A stretch of DNA of 64,000 nucleotides from Eutreptiella sp. 'Long Island Sound 2002' (Eukaryota; Protista; Euglenida): assembly GCA_964036045.1 (NCBI GenBank), contig OZ038378.1, forward strand, positions 20,894,001 through 20,958,000, read 5' to 3'. Positions 1 to 11,571 of the stretch are shown piece by piece. The translations under genes and the position numbers were made by a program. The notes beneath the pieces are model-generated. The model was not told the origin of the DNA and made no database searches. It was given only the letters and a program-made list of their open reading frames with translations. Within the stretch, counting starts at the first letter, position 1. Each line of letters begins with the position of its first letter.

Positions 1-303
1 ACATCGACCAGAACCTCCAGTCTGACGAATGTGCAACCACGTGGCGCATCCATTCATCTCGCTTGATCTACCGGGGGCTGACCCGTCCCAGATCATGAGC
101 ATTTAATGAGGTGCAGCCTTCAAAAGAAGTGTCTGCTGGCTCAAGGGTGTGCCGGCGCCGGAGAGCGGATGCCCACCCAATGCAAACACCAAAGTTCCAA
201 AAGCCAAGGCAACAACATTGTTCGAACAGAGCGATGTGTGCGCAAAAGGGGGAAGAGGTGGTTCAACAGCAGGTGACACAGCAGGTTGCAAGACCCGACA
301 GAC

Positions 304-461
304 CTGTGGCTGCGGCACCTTGGCCCAACCCCAGCATGTGAGGGTGCCTTCGCAGTTGTACTTTGCGACGCAGTTGTCCGATGCCCCATGGAACACGCTC
401 AGGCCGCGCGCCGACACCTGAAGGTAATACTGGCATTGGGGATGCACACAGACTTGTGGAT
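304..461 (-). CDS. Possible isolated coding exon of an unknown gene continuing left of the window
   Basis: Acceptor cccattgcag| at 462 and donor cacag|gtctgt at 303 bracket an open frame (DPQVCVHPQCQYYLQVSARGLSVFHGASDNCVAKYNCEGTLTCWGWAKVPQPQ). No recognisable domain and no partner exon found. Confidence 0.2.
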
Positions 462-770
462 CTGCAATGGGGAACTTAATGGTCCGGACCTCCACCTTCG
501 GGCGCTTGGGCATGGCTTCGGGCCTGCAAAGAAGACCCTGGAACAGTCACATGAGGAGACCATCCTGGAGAATCACATGACGAGCTGCAATCGTTCCCGC
601 TCCTAATAACCTGCTGCAAGTGTTTGACTCAGCATCTTGGCCACCTCCCCTCCAACCAAGCCTACAAAGAAGACGATCGTGACCCCACCCGTGACGATTT
701 GAGCACCAACCCAATAGGAATTACTAATTGATCAACGTGATATCCAAAGTTGCTGGTGGTTACATAAAAA

Positions 771-1326
771 GGGGGCATCCTTGCACTGCACGCGCACTGC
801 ACGCTACTTTTAGACTAGGTTCTTCCTGAAGATCCCCCAGGCACACCCCTTCCAAACACCGTTGAATTTAGGTCATCCAAACTACCCTAGCTGAAGACAA
901 ATACAAGCTACCTTCCTTACCATAAGACATCATGCACAATTAGAAAAGCCATGAACGGCAATGGTCACCACCCCAGGGTGTGGGAGAGATCAAAATGGCT
1001 ACATCACCCCTGCCTACTCAGGGTCCCCATGGTGCTGAGAGATCAATATGGCTACATCACCCCTGCTTTCTCGGGCTCCCCACGGTGGGGAGAGATCAAC
1101 CTAGAAAAGAGTGGATGTGGTGGAGATGAGCAAAAAAGTGTGAAACAGGGTGGAAATGGGTGAAACTGGGAGAAAATCCAAAAATGCCACATCCCCAATG
1201 TGGAACAAGCATCAAAACCTACGCTCAAGCAACAATGATGCCCCTAGTATCACAAAGTATGGGTCTCTAGTACGGCCAGAAGCCCAAATAGTTGCACTGC
1301 GCGCGCATTGCGCAAAGTGCGCCCCC
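771..1326. mobile_element. Non-autonomous PIF/Harbinger-like DNA transposon (copy A, 556 bp)
   Basis: Ends GGGGG...CCCCC flanked by AAA/AAA. Both ends align with copy B (10628-11571), sharing TTGCACTGCRCGCGCAYTGC and AAAGTATGGGTCTCTAGTACGGCCAGA. No coding remnant. Confidence 0.75.
984..1100. repeat. 53-bp tandem repeat (~2.2 copies) inside Harbinger-like copy A
   Basis: GAGAGATCAA recurs at 984, 1037 and 1090. The GCTACATCACCCCTGC core also occurs once in copy B (~11388). Confidence 0.85.
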
Positions 1327-2644
1327 AAAAGGACCTGATGCAATGGGCAACATACTCGATGTATCATGTGATCACTGGTTGAGGTTGTTCTCCAAAATGC
1401 AAGCTACATTTTCTAAAGGGATAAATTGTTGTACTTATGTGTCCTCATATTCATTGCCTCAATGATTGCCTTTGACTCCTAAGAGGAAAATCTGAAAGTG
1501 AGGATGGGCTGAGAAGACACAGCAAGCACAAGCTCAGCCTTTGGTGAATCGAAAATCCCACTGCAACACCACAACGATTCTGGTGTTATTATCCTCATCA
1601 ACATCACTGGCTGTGCGAACAAATAATCACATGCCCAAGCAAACACCAGATCCTCTAAGAGAAGACTCGAATGCTCAAATGACTGCCTTTGTAATGTGTT
1701 GATGGTTAAGGTCATCACTGAAGCAAATCCGCTCCTATCTGGAAACACAAAGGTGAGGATTGATGCTTGAGCATGAGAAAAAAACATGTTTTTGAGCCGA
1801 AAGAGTAAGAACCCAGAGGGGAATCCTTGCAATCGCAGTTTTGTAATCTACTTTCCCAAATCAACCCCCCTTCCAAAAGCCACCCAAACTAGCCTCTGCA
1901 CAACCCAATTGTGCAATGTTGCTCTCTATTTTCCATGAGGCCAAGACACAACCAACAAAATAGGTACACCCCCCCTTGAAATCTCCCCCCACAGCGTGCG
2001 ACGGTCTCCCCCTTGGGGCTTCAAAGGGGTCAGGTGTGGGCCTGCCACTTGGCTCCAGCTGCACCTGCCTCACGGCCTTCCTTGCCTTCTCAGTTCCACA
2101 TGTACCCGCTTCACCAGTGCATTGTTCCATTCGGCTCATATTGAGTCCTACCCTTCCTCCCTGTTGGGGTAATAGACAAGCCCTCCTGGTTCTGGGCTTT
2201 AGCGCCAAGTCACATCGGTGCTAGGACGTGCGCTTGGTCGTTGCGTTTGTGCCATGTTCCATGATGGTTTGACCAGCGCTAGAGGCGTGCTGAGGGCCCC
2301 CTGGGCCACACACCCGTTGTTCTGGTGTTCCAGGGCATGGAGGGTCTGGGAATGGAGAAGGTCAGGGGTCACCCGTGCTTGCTGCTGCCACCAGCCTGTG
2401 TGTGTTGTGTTGGTCCTTAGGATTGACAAACCCCAGTGGGTTCAGGCTTTTTGGAGTTAGATCACACAGCCATACATTTGGGTTCAGTAGTGTGTGTCAT
2501 GGGGGGGTTCATGTTTGTTACCTCTGCAATTCATAGCGGCTGCAGTCGTTCCAGTGTCACACACACGGATCCTTCCGTGCTGCAAGTGCTTGTGGACGCA
2601 GTCTCGGCTGAAGCTGGGCTATCTGGCATCTCGTTGCCCATGTA

Positions 2645-2708
2645 GGGGCCGCACGCAAGTCAAAGAGCGCTCCGCACATGCACGTCCTGGTATGCATATG
2701 CAGCAATG
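2645..2708. repeat. 64-bp direct repeat, left copy (probable long target-site duplication of LINE B)
   Basis: 57/64 identical to 5519-5582; lies next to the 3' end of LINE B. Confidence 0.75.
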
Positions 2709-5518
2709 CCCATATTGGGGGGGGGGGGGCTCATAGCAACAAGGTTGAGGGAAGACAGCAGATTCGCTGACGCTCTAGGGTCAGCGGTGTCGGCAGTGTG
2801 GGGGATCAGAAGGTAGTTCTGGTGGGCCCAACTACTCTGGGCGTAACCGCACCTCGGGCCTGTACCGTGTTCGGGGTGGGAGGGAAGAGGGCTGGCATAT
2901 GTCCTGCGCATGGGAACACAGGCGTAAATGGGGGCACTGCAGGCTCAGTTAGGCACCCACGCTTGGATCAGGGAATGGGGTTAGTGCTTCCATATCCGGC
3001 GCCTGGGCGTGTGCCATGGGAACTGGTCTCTGGCGGCAGGGGTTGCATTCCTGTGTTCCCCCTCCTCGCTCTGGCGTTAGTGCCATCTCCGGGGTTGGGG
3101 CGAGCTCCATCTCCTCTTCCTGTGGTTCTCCATCAAAAATCTCTGAGTGAGGGGCAAAGGGTTCATCCGGGTCCGGGCCAACCACAGGTGGCCAAACGGA
3201 GATCTGCCCATGCAAAAGCAGGGATTTTCGACGCCCTTCATCCGCCAAGCCCATCGGCACGCTTGTTTCCTCTAATCCCGATATGGGAGGGGATGTGTAG
3301 CCACTGGACCTCTGGTCCTATGGCGTCCAGCAGCTGCAGCACCTGGGCCCGGAGGTCCACGTGTTGCGCTGGTCCTGACTGGGTTTGCCACTTATGGCGG
3401 CGCCACTTATGGGCCTGCCCCAACATCCCATCCACCACATAGGTTGAATCCGGGCAAATCAAAGACATCGTGCCTCGGACGTGCTGTTGTAGCGCCACCT
3501 TGAGCTCCCCTCGGCTATTGGTCTGTTCTTCATCACGGGGCAGCGGCTCTGCCACATCCCTCTCACCACGCCATAGCCCCCCACCCTACCCACGGTCGGC
3601 TAGTTCTCCGACGAGCCGTCAGGGCACACAATCTGCCACCCCTCTCTCTCATACCGCTCTATAACATCTTCAAAATACTGGTGTAGCTGCTCCTCGTGGC
3701 CCTGCTTTTTGGGTTTCTTGCGGTGCGGGTATAGGAGGGTGGGGGCGGGGGGGCTCCAGGCATCGGCCCTTGAATAGTCCAGGAGGCCCTCTGGGCCACT
3801 CAGTTGCTTCACGCCGTGCAGTAGCATCTGCACTTCGGAGTGCGGCAGTGTGGGGGTGGGGTGTTCCATCCATGTCTCCAGGCCTGCAATCCACAGATTG
3901 AGAAAGTGATTCCAATGGGGGGGGGAATGCCGCGGCTCAAACTTGCGGGAACATCGCAGCTGCCAGTTGGCTCTAGTTGCCGACCACATGACAAGCCCTA
4001 GTGGGGAGGATAGGGACAGTGAAGGCATTGGGAGCATAATTTTGTCGGGGTCCTCTGTGGAACCCTCGTCCGGTTTCACCGGGCCCGTGCATTACAGGGC
4101 CAAGTGATAGGCCGCGAGCAGATAACGGCAGTGTGTAAGGGCGTGGTCAACTGTTTCTTGGGTGCCATCAAAAGAGCATGTTGTGTTGTGGGGCTACTAC
4201 GACGCCAGCCGCACTCCCACTCCCACCGGGATCTTGCGCCAGAGAGCTTGTTGGATGAATGTGACGTCAGCGTCAGGCAGTCAGAGCCTGCTCCACTCTT
4301 TCCACGTCTCAGGTGTTTGTTGTGGTGTCTCAGGGCGCAACGCCATGAGGTAGCGCATTTTATGCCTATTATTCCAATCCATCCAAAAATTGACGCAAGT
4401 CTCCTCAAAGGGGGGGGGGGTCGCTGGTTGGGGGGCGGAGCAACAGTTTCAGTGCAATGTCCCCGTAAACAGGTGCCCATGTGCGTGGGAGGTCTGGCAT
4501 GGCATCCCCTTGGTCCAGGAGTCCTGAGACCGACGTAACCCCCGCCTTGATCAGCCGGGGCAAGTGATACATGTTGGTGTTTGCGTCTCGGAAGAGACAG
4601 GATTGCCACGGTGGTAGGCGTCGGGCTAAGTCCATTGGCGGCAGTGCCACCGGCACCGGTTTGCGCAAGAGAAAGTATGCCTTGCAAGCTTTCCTTGGAA
4701 AAGGGTATGTTTTCTAGGGGATGGAACCCAACTGCAGCGAGGGCGTGAAAGTGGGGGTCCAGCGGCACACCAAATGTGGTGGCCCACGTGCCAAAATGTC
4801 TACGGCATACAATAGGGACCAGCAGGCTCTCCCGTGGGGCGGCGATGAAAGTGGCAGCATGATGCCACAAAAGGAATGTGCGCGGTTGCGGTAGATGCTT
4901 CCCTCCCACTGCTGCCGACAACTCCAAAATGGATAGGGTTAATCCCCAGCTACTGATTCGGAGCGCCGTCCGATATATTGCTGCCACGTGCGAAACCACT
5001 GTGTCTGTGGGGAAATACGCATGGGTGGGGAAGAAAAGTGGGGGAGCACCCACTCCCGAAAGAGGGTGTTGCGCTCCGTGAACATGAGGGGTAGTGACCG
5101 CATGAACGCCGCTCGCATTGCGGCACGCGCCAAGACGGGCGCATATGCTTCATCTGAGGACACATGCCCCAGCACGATCCCTAAGTATTTGACTTTTTGT
5201 CTAACGATGACACCAAACAAGCTTAACTTGTGCAGCTCATGTTCCTGCCATTTGCCGTTGGTGAGGAATGCCAATTTATCTAGGTTTATTTTGAGCCCCA
5301 CAATGTATCCATAAATTCCAATGGCATCAAATACCTTGGACAGCAAAGGGAAGACATGTGCTAGGGGCAGGGGGATGAATAGCAAAAGGTCGTCCGCATA
5401 AAAGAGGACGTGAATCTCTGGTGATATGCGCTGCAGGCAGGGTACCAAAACAGAGCAGACCGTCACAAAGCTAGCCGGGGAGAGTGGGTCTCCTTGCTTT
5501 ATTGCAGATCCCCCTTGG
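2709..5518 (-). mobile_element. 5'-truncated, decayed non-LTR retrotransposon (LINE B): RT C-half, zf-RVT, RNase H, tail
   Basis: RT motifs IKQGDPLSP, LFYADD, GLKINLDK, VKYLGI (4939-5518). zf-RVT-like CSFDGTQETVDHALTHC (~4130-4200). RNase H motifs WQIVCPDGSS, TNSRGEL, DSTYVVDG, HIPSHIGIRGNKRAD (3238-3640). Frameshifts and stops throughout. Confidence 0.9.
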
Positions 5519-5582
5519 GGGGCCGCAAGCAGGTCACAAAGCGCTCCACACATGCATGTCCTGGTATGCATATGCAACAATG
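5519..5582. repeat. 64-bp direct repeat, right copy (at the 5' truncation point of LINE B)
   Basis: 57/64 identical to 2645-2708; RT motif QGDPLSP begins immediately inside it. Confidence 0.75.
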
Positions 5583-5961
5583 TTCGGCAGTTCAATGAGC
5601 TTCATAAGATACACTCATGTGTTGGACCTCACCTAGATTTCCACTTTTGGCCTGTTTTGTCAACACTGGTGTGTTTACATGGTACAGTACAGGTTGGGCG
5701 CCCACAAATGTCGTACCTTCACTGTTTCATCTTGCTTTCGCTAGCACTATCTGGCCAAATGAGCAAGTTTAGGTGTGACCCTGTGGGGAGGGTTTAGGAT
5801 GTATTGGTTTGAGGGAGAACAAGAAGCAAACTAATCAGAATCTGTGATTGGTGTGTGCCGACCTGATGAAATAGACAAGCTGTCATTGAGCCCAAGTTTG
5901 GAACTTGCATCGGTGCTAGGCGTGTTGGGCCGGCGGCGCCGGCGAGGCTGCAATGGAGTAG

Positions 5962-6751
5962 CTAGGGCGACAAGTCCCAGGGAGTTCCAAACTTCCTCCG
6001 GGTCTTCTGCTTTGTCCGAGTCATAAAAACCGACTGTGGAGGCCATGTCCTTAGAGGACTTTGAGGGGGTGGTGAAATGTGAAGAGGAACGGCCTGAAAA
6101 TTGAGACACTTAGGTAGCATAGTTCCAGGCTCATTGGCTGGAGTGTGCCGGGCGGTCGATCTGTGGAGTGCTGGTGTGTCGTGTGATGGGGCTATAACAT
6201 CATTCATTTCCAGTGAATGTGGGACTGCTGGCGCACGTTGTGGGATTGGTGTGGACAGCAGCTCTAGACTAACAACAGGCCGTTCAGGGAAAGATAACAC
6301 ATGATACAACGGTGAGCTGTTCCGACCCTCCTCTGCCAACTGATCCGCTCGGTGAGTCCCTGGAATGTTTGTGTGACTTGGTACGCACAGCTGGCGCACT
6401 GTGGGCACTACTGGGTCAACCAAATCTAGAAGCTTGATCCATAAATCAACATTGCACACCAGGCCAGACTGTCCGACCCGACCACCCGAACGCCGCGCCA
6501 CGCAGGCCATCATGGACATCTTGGTTGTCCATGGCGACAACAAGATTGATGTCTGTAGACTTAAAGTGGTCTAAAACACTGATGACTACTTGGAGTTCGG
6601 CACAATTGTTGGTTTGGGCTGTAGAGGGGTGGAGGAACCCGGAGGGTTTCCACCCAATCATTACCGCACATCCAAAACCAGCTACCCACCCAATCTTGGG
6701 GTGGTGTTTCGCTGAACCGTCTGTGAAGGCTATCGTCCACTTTTTGTCCAC
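5962..6751 (-). pseudogene. RNase H domain of LINE A (frameshifted)
   Basis: WTIAFTDGSAK, QTNNCAELQVV, VAMDNQDV, CVPSHTNIPGTHRADQLAEEG match the RNase HI D-E-D-D motif order. Confidence 0.85.
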
Positions 6752-7579
6752 TTCTGGAGACGCTCTCCTACTTTTAGCTTGGCCCAGAGGACCTGATAAA
6801 TGAAATCCTTAAGGAAAGGCGGTAGGCTCGAGCGCCAAAATGCTTTCCACATGACAGTGGATTGCCCGTGTGGCACATAGGGACTCGGGGACATTTCCTT
6901 TGGCACTTCTGACCGCCCCACCCAGCTCCCTACGCAGACGGACGGGATAGACCAATGTGAAGTTGGCAAGGCAAGAAACCTGGAAAGGGCGTTGGAATAA
7001 AAAGGGTTTGCCATGTGATGCCTACTTTAGTGAAACAATTGTGTCAGGGTAAATCATGATCATCGAACAGATCAGCGATGCGTAATACACCCTTCCTAAT
7101 GAGGGCCGGGCAATAATATGTATGAGTGCCAAAGAGGGAGGTCACCAATGGAGGACCCCACCTGTGTCCCCTCAAGGGTGTAGCGCCTTGCCTGGGAGTA
7201 TGACTTCAGAGAAACGCGAACGACCGGAGGTTCCACAAGACTCGAAACCGCGACGCCCATGCTCGGAATTTCAAGCAGACAAAACAGGGCATTACTGTTT
7301 GGTCATGGGCGAAGGGAATGAAGGCTAGCCCTGCTTGTACTCTGAACCATGTGTTGGGGGGGGGGGGGTGACCTAATTAATGTGTTGGGGGGGGGGGGTA
7401 GAGCGAACCCCCCCTCTTGTGGAAGTGAGGTCTTAGAGAGTGTAACTCCCCAACTATGAAACCCCAATGCGGTGTTGAAGATAACCTTTAGGGATTGTTC
7501 CTCCTGTGCCGTGGTCCTGTAAGCTTGGGCACTCGGAAGGAGTATCGGTAACACCCAAATCTTCCGAAGCAATAATCTT

Positions 7580-8866
7580 TTATATCGGCAAAGCCCAAAG
7601 GATGTTGCTAAAGCCGCCCTCACGTGAGCCTCCCCTAAAACTTGTGAGAATGCTTGCGATGTTGTCAAGTTGCCTATCAATACCCCCAGGGGCTTGACAC
7701 TGACTCAGTGGGGAGCCCGCAATCCCTGAAAAATTCAAATTCAGGAGGGGAGAAGGATCCCTTAAAGACCAGTGCTGAATTGCCAAGATTAAACTTCAAC
7801 CCTCATATTTTGCCAAATTCGTGCATGGCGTACATGATGTGTTGCAGGTGAGGGACATATCTACTGTTGAGCAGTACACACCGGTCGTGTACATACATAA
7901 ACGGGTAGGCAGCGATCAACTCATCAAACTTAAATAAAACAAAGGACACACAGAACGAGAATAGAAGTGGTGGGGTAAGGGGTCACCCTGCCCTATCCTT
8001 GCCCGTGGACGTAACAAGATTTCTTTGACTACCCCCCTGCCAACACAGAAATGATACAGCGAGATCAATGTGGACATAATAAACATGGGTATGAACTGAA
8101 TGTGGCAGAGTTGTGGCCCGTTTGGTGAAGGCCCCACAACGTTGGCCAACACATGCGCAATAAGTGTGTGTGAGTGGCACCATACACAGTCACCGGGAGA
8201 AAACATCTTGGGTCTGAAAAAGGGACACGACACCCTATACACTGCCTTTGGAGAGAGAAAATCACAGAATACACAGGTGACTGATTTGAAGTAATGGGAG
8301 GGGATTTGAATAGTCCTGAGGACAGCTTCAATGAAACTGTGAGACAAGGTTGGGAAGGCATTAGAGAAGTCAAAATTGACTAAAACACACTTATCCAAAG
8401 AGTGAAACCCCTTTTGACCCCCCCATATGTGGTGGATCATTTGCCTGCCTTTGACACATCCTACTTGCTGTTTGTGAGTGAGCCGCCTGAATGTTTGTTC
8501 GATTTGGAGTGTCACTACATTCAACGACCATTTCTTTTTGGTGTCTTGGAGGGCTATGGGACGTAATCGAGACACAAACGCTAGGCCCGAGGCCTTTGGG
8601 ATGCAGTTGATTCGACCTAATTCCCAGCCTGACGGTAGGTGCCCCCTGGCAAAGGAGGTGTGAGCGATTTCGGTCATGAGTGGTGTGAAAAATGCATGAA
8701 ATATTTTATATATCCTTGCACTCATGCCATCATTGCTTCGCGATGAGGAAACATGGTGTCTATCCAGTGCTTCCGCCACAAGGTTTTCTGAGAGTGGCGT
8801 AAGAGGCCCTTGTCCATTACATCGAAATTGGGCGGTAGTTTGAGTTGTCACAGGTAAAACATACAA
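7580..8866 (-). pseudogene. Reverse transcriptase domain of LINE A (degenerate, with an internal insertion)
   Basis: INCIPK, LRPIAL, QVGCVKGRQ, NFDFSNAFPTLSH, GQGDPL, degenerate FMYVHD (YxDD position), GLKFNLG. Confidence 0.9.
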
Positions 8867-9415
8867 TCATCAATTAAAGTGAGTGCAAGTGAAGTGACCT
8901 CGGACCAGTGCTGTTCTAAGGCCCGGGCAATGGCAACAGGGTCAGCCAGCACTTGTCCCCCCTTATTCCGCACCTAGCCCAATCTTTTCCGTGCTTGTAG
9001 CTCATTAATCAGTTTGTTGATGTCCTTTCTTTTTGGCAAACTGAGCTGTTTGGTTCCCCGGCTAGTAGCCCTTTCAACTCTGATAAGAGTAGGTTGCCCA
9101 CCTTGTCAACCTGGTCTCTCTCATGGAGGGAAAGAGCTCTGAGTAGTGTGAGTGAGCAGAGGGAGAGATATCGTTCGAGGCCAGGCTTCTCCATCCTTGT
9201 GGGATTACATGGTGGACAGTGGAGTTCAGCAGGAAAGGGAGGGCCTGAGAGTCTTCCACCTTCCTATGTTCTCTGGAATATTGGATAGCCGTGGACTGTA
9301 GAATCGTGTGGGCACAAGCCCACTTGTTTTCTGCCGTTCCCGAAAGTTCATACAACGCACCACAAACTTGATGGAATGTTTCCTCACACTCTAAAAATTC
9401 GAGCGGACAACGGAA

Positions 9416-9935
9416 TCATGGATGCTGAGTGTGGAAAAGCGGCGGCACACATGATACTACAACATGTTTATGGTGAGACCTACACAGATAACTTGTGAAG
9501 ATGGTGGCAAGGTGTCCTTTGAGGGAACCAGATACATGAATGCGGTCCAATCTGCATTTGGACCTGTCAAGAGGTGTAGGGGAGTCATGAGCAGGGTGAC
9601 CAAAGGTGTAACCATGTGGTACATCCCGTTGGTAACTATTTGTGAGGTTGTGGACCTCACACCATGCATCACTGAGACCCAGTGCTTGCAATGAAGCCAC
9701 TTCGGTATCTGTGGCATCAAGGATTTCTAAATTTCTCTCTTCAGCAGGAGAATCGGCATCTCTAGCTGGGACCACCAACGAGTTGTGGTCCGCCAGCATG
9801 ACCATGTGTCTCTGTATGTTGTCTAAGAATTGCATGATTTTCAGCCACTGTGACTTCCGTGTGCGATGGTCATGATGAAAATGAGCTCCAACCACAGAGA
9901 TTTGTTGCCCATCAATACTAGAAAAACGTGGGATG
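9416..9935 (-). pseudogene. Second APE-like endonuclease (C-terminal two-thirds) of LINE A
   Basis: IDGQQISVVGAHF, MVMLADHNS (GDFN equivalent), LSDAW, YTF, RLDRIHVS, SHHK (SDH equivalent). Confidence 0.8.
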
Positions 9936-10627
9936 ATGCCTTGATAACCGTGTTGGCTATCATGCGGTCCGCAAAGAGGGTGTCGATCCGTGTAGGGGAT
10001 TGTGTGGACGAGCCGTTATGGTAAGAACATCGGTGGCTAGAGCAATTGGCTTGTGCATACAACAAGTCCACATCGACAAGTCGACCAAAGAGAATCTCCG
10101 TTAACATGAGTGTCGGCATTTGCTCCTGTTTGTCTAGTTGGACATTCAAATCGGTGGCTATGATGAAGGGGGCGTTGCCCGATTTCGCGGCGTACATGAG
10201 TACCGCCTCCCACAGCTTGCTAATCAGTTTGTGGTCACCAGCCACACCATAAACGACCGGTTGTTGAGAGTTCTTCTGCCGTCAGATGGCGTGACCATGG
10301 CATGCAGCCATCTCCCACATTGCCATAGCTCATCAGTCAATTGGCACGCAGGGTCTCGCTCAGCCAGCGTGGCCGGCCACTTCTCCCTTACGAGCAAGGC
10401 CACTCCCCCTAAGGCCGCACCCCAAATACCACCTGATTTGGACGACAGTGGGGCTCCCCGAAATGGCTCCCATCCTTTTTGCCGTGCCAACATGGCCATG
10501 GCCCTCTAGGCCCCTTGGGTCGGCCTTGTTTTTGTTATAGCCACCAACTTCTCCTGCAGATCACACATCTCATGGTGATGCGCTCGGAGCGCCGTGATAT
10601 TGACAAGCACCATCGTTGTGGGCCCTA
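9936..10627 (-). pseudogene. First APE-like endonuclease of LINE A (lacks the final SDH motif)
   Basis: VLVNITALR, VAITKTR, GGVALLVR, VYGVAG, PFIIATDLNV, RIDTLFA; one stop and a frameshift. Confidence 0.75.
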
Positions 10628-11571
10628 GGGGGAATCTTTGCACTGCGCGCGCACTGCGCGCTACTTCTAGACTATGTTCCCCCCGAAGAGCCCCCAAGCA
10701 CACCCCTTGGAAACGCCCTTAGAATTAAACTGCCCCAGCTCAAGAAAGTTGCAAACTACCTTCCCTTCACGTAACACACATCATGCACAACTGGAAAAAC
10801 AATGAACAGCGCATTGCTCGCCACCCTCAAGAACACACAACTGTCTCTCTGTTCCATTGTCAATTGAGTACACATTGAGAATACGCAACTTGTGTGCACA
10901 ACATGACACAGTTGCAGAATCAAAGAAAAGTCACATTGTCACATGTGTGTGTGTCAATGCAATCCGTACAATATTGCAGTTCACACTTGTCACACATGCA
11001 CATCTTTTCAGGGTCAGATTTGGTGCAACAAAGGGTACAAACATCCCCATCATCACCCACAACATCCTCATCATCATTGTCCTCCTGTGTAGGTGCAGTC
11101 CATACATGTGCAGGTACGTGTTCCCACGGACCATATGGAGGGTACCGTACCTGTCTTCGAATCAAAAATTGCTGCAAATGCAAGAGTACACGCACGTACT
11201 CATGCAACTCCGTACCGGATCCACCCCATATGTTCCTTACGATGCCCCAGTGCCACATGCGTGCAAACAAGTGCTCAATGCGTGCCCTATAGAAACCATG
11301 AACATCATTGTACTCCTTTTGCCGCTCGGTCAACGTCTTTCGACCGATAAATGGCCATGCCACATGGGGCCCAAAAGAGGGCCGGAATGCTACGTCACCC
11401 CTGCATTCTGGGGGGTCCCCAAACAAACGGGGACAAAATCAGAAGTCAAAACCTCCGCTAGGGGTCACCATGATGCCCCTAGGGGCCCCTAGTATCTCAA
11501 AGTATGGGTCTCTAGTACGGCCAGACGCCCAAAGAGTTGCACTGCGCGCGCACTGCGCTTAAGGCGCCCCC
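10628..11571 (-). mobile_element. PIF/Harbinger-like DNA transposon (copy B, 944 bp, internally deleted) inserted in LINE A
   Basis: GGGGG...CCCCC ends with a CTA/CTA 3-bp TSD (10625-10627, 11572-11574). Removing it restores the LINE reading frame. Carries a DDE_Tnp_4-like fragment. Confidence 0.85.
10920..11426 (-). pseudogene. C-terminal half of a Harbinger/ISL2EU-type (DDE_Tnp_4-like) transposase with a Cys-rich tail
   Basis: GDVAF ... PF ... LTERQKEYNDVHGFYRARIEHLF matches the GD..F and FN..H...R..VE..F motifs, followed by an acidic linker and CTLC...CMCDKC...YCTDC...HTC. N-terminus absent. Confidence 0.75.

Noticed and set aside
1340-2640. ORFs of 80-117 aa left of LINE B
   Set aside because: No recognisable motif or consistent splice signals; probably decayed repeat.
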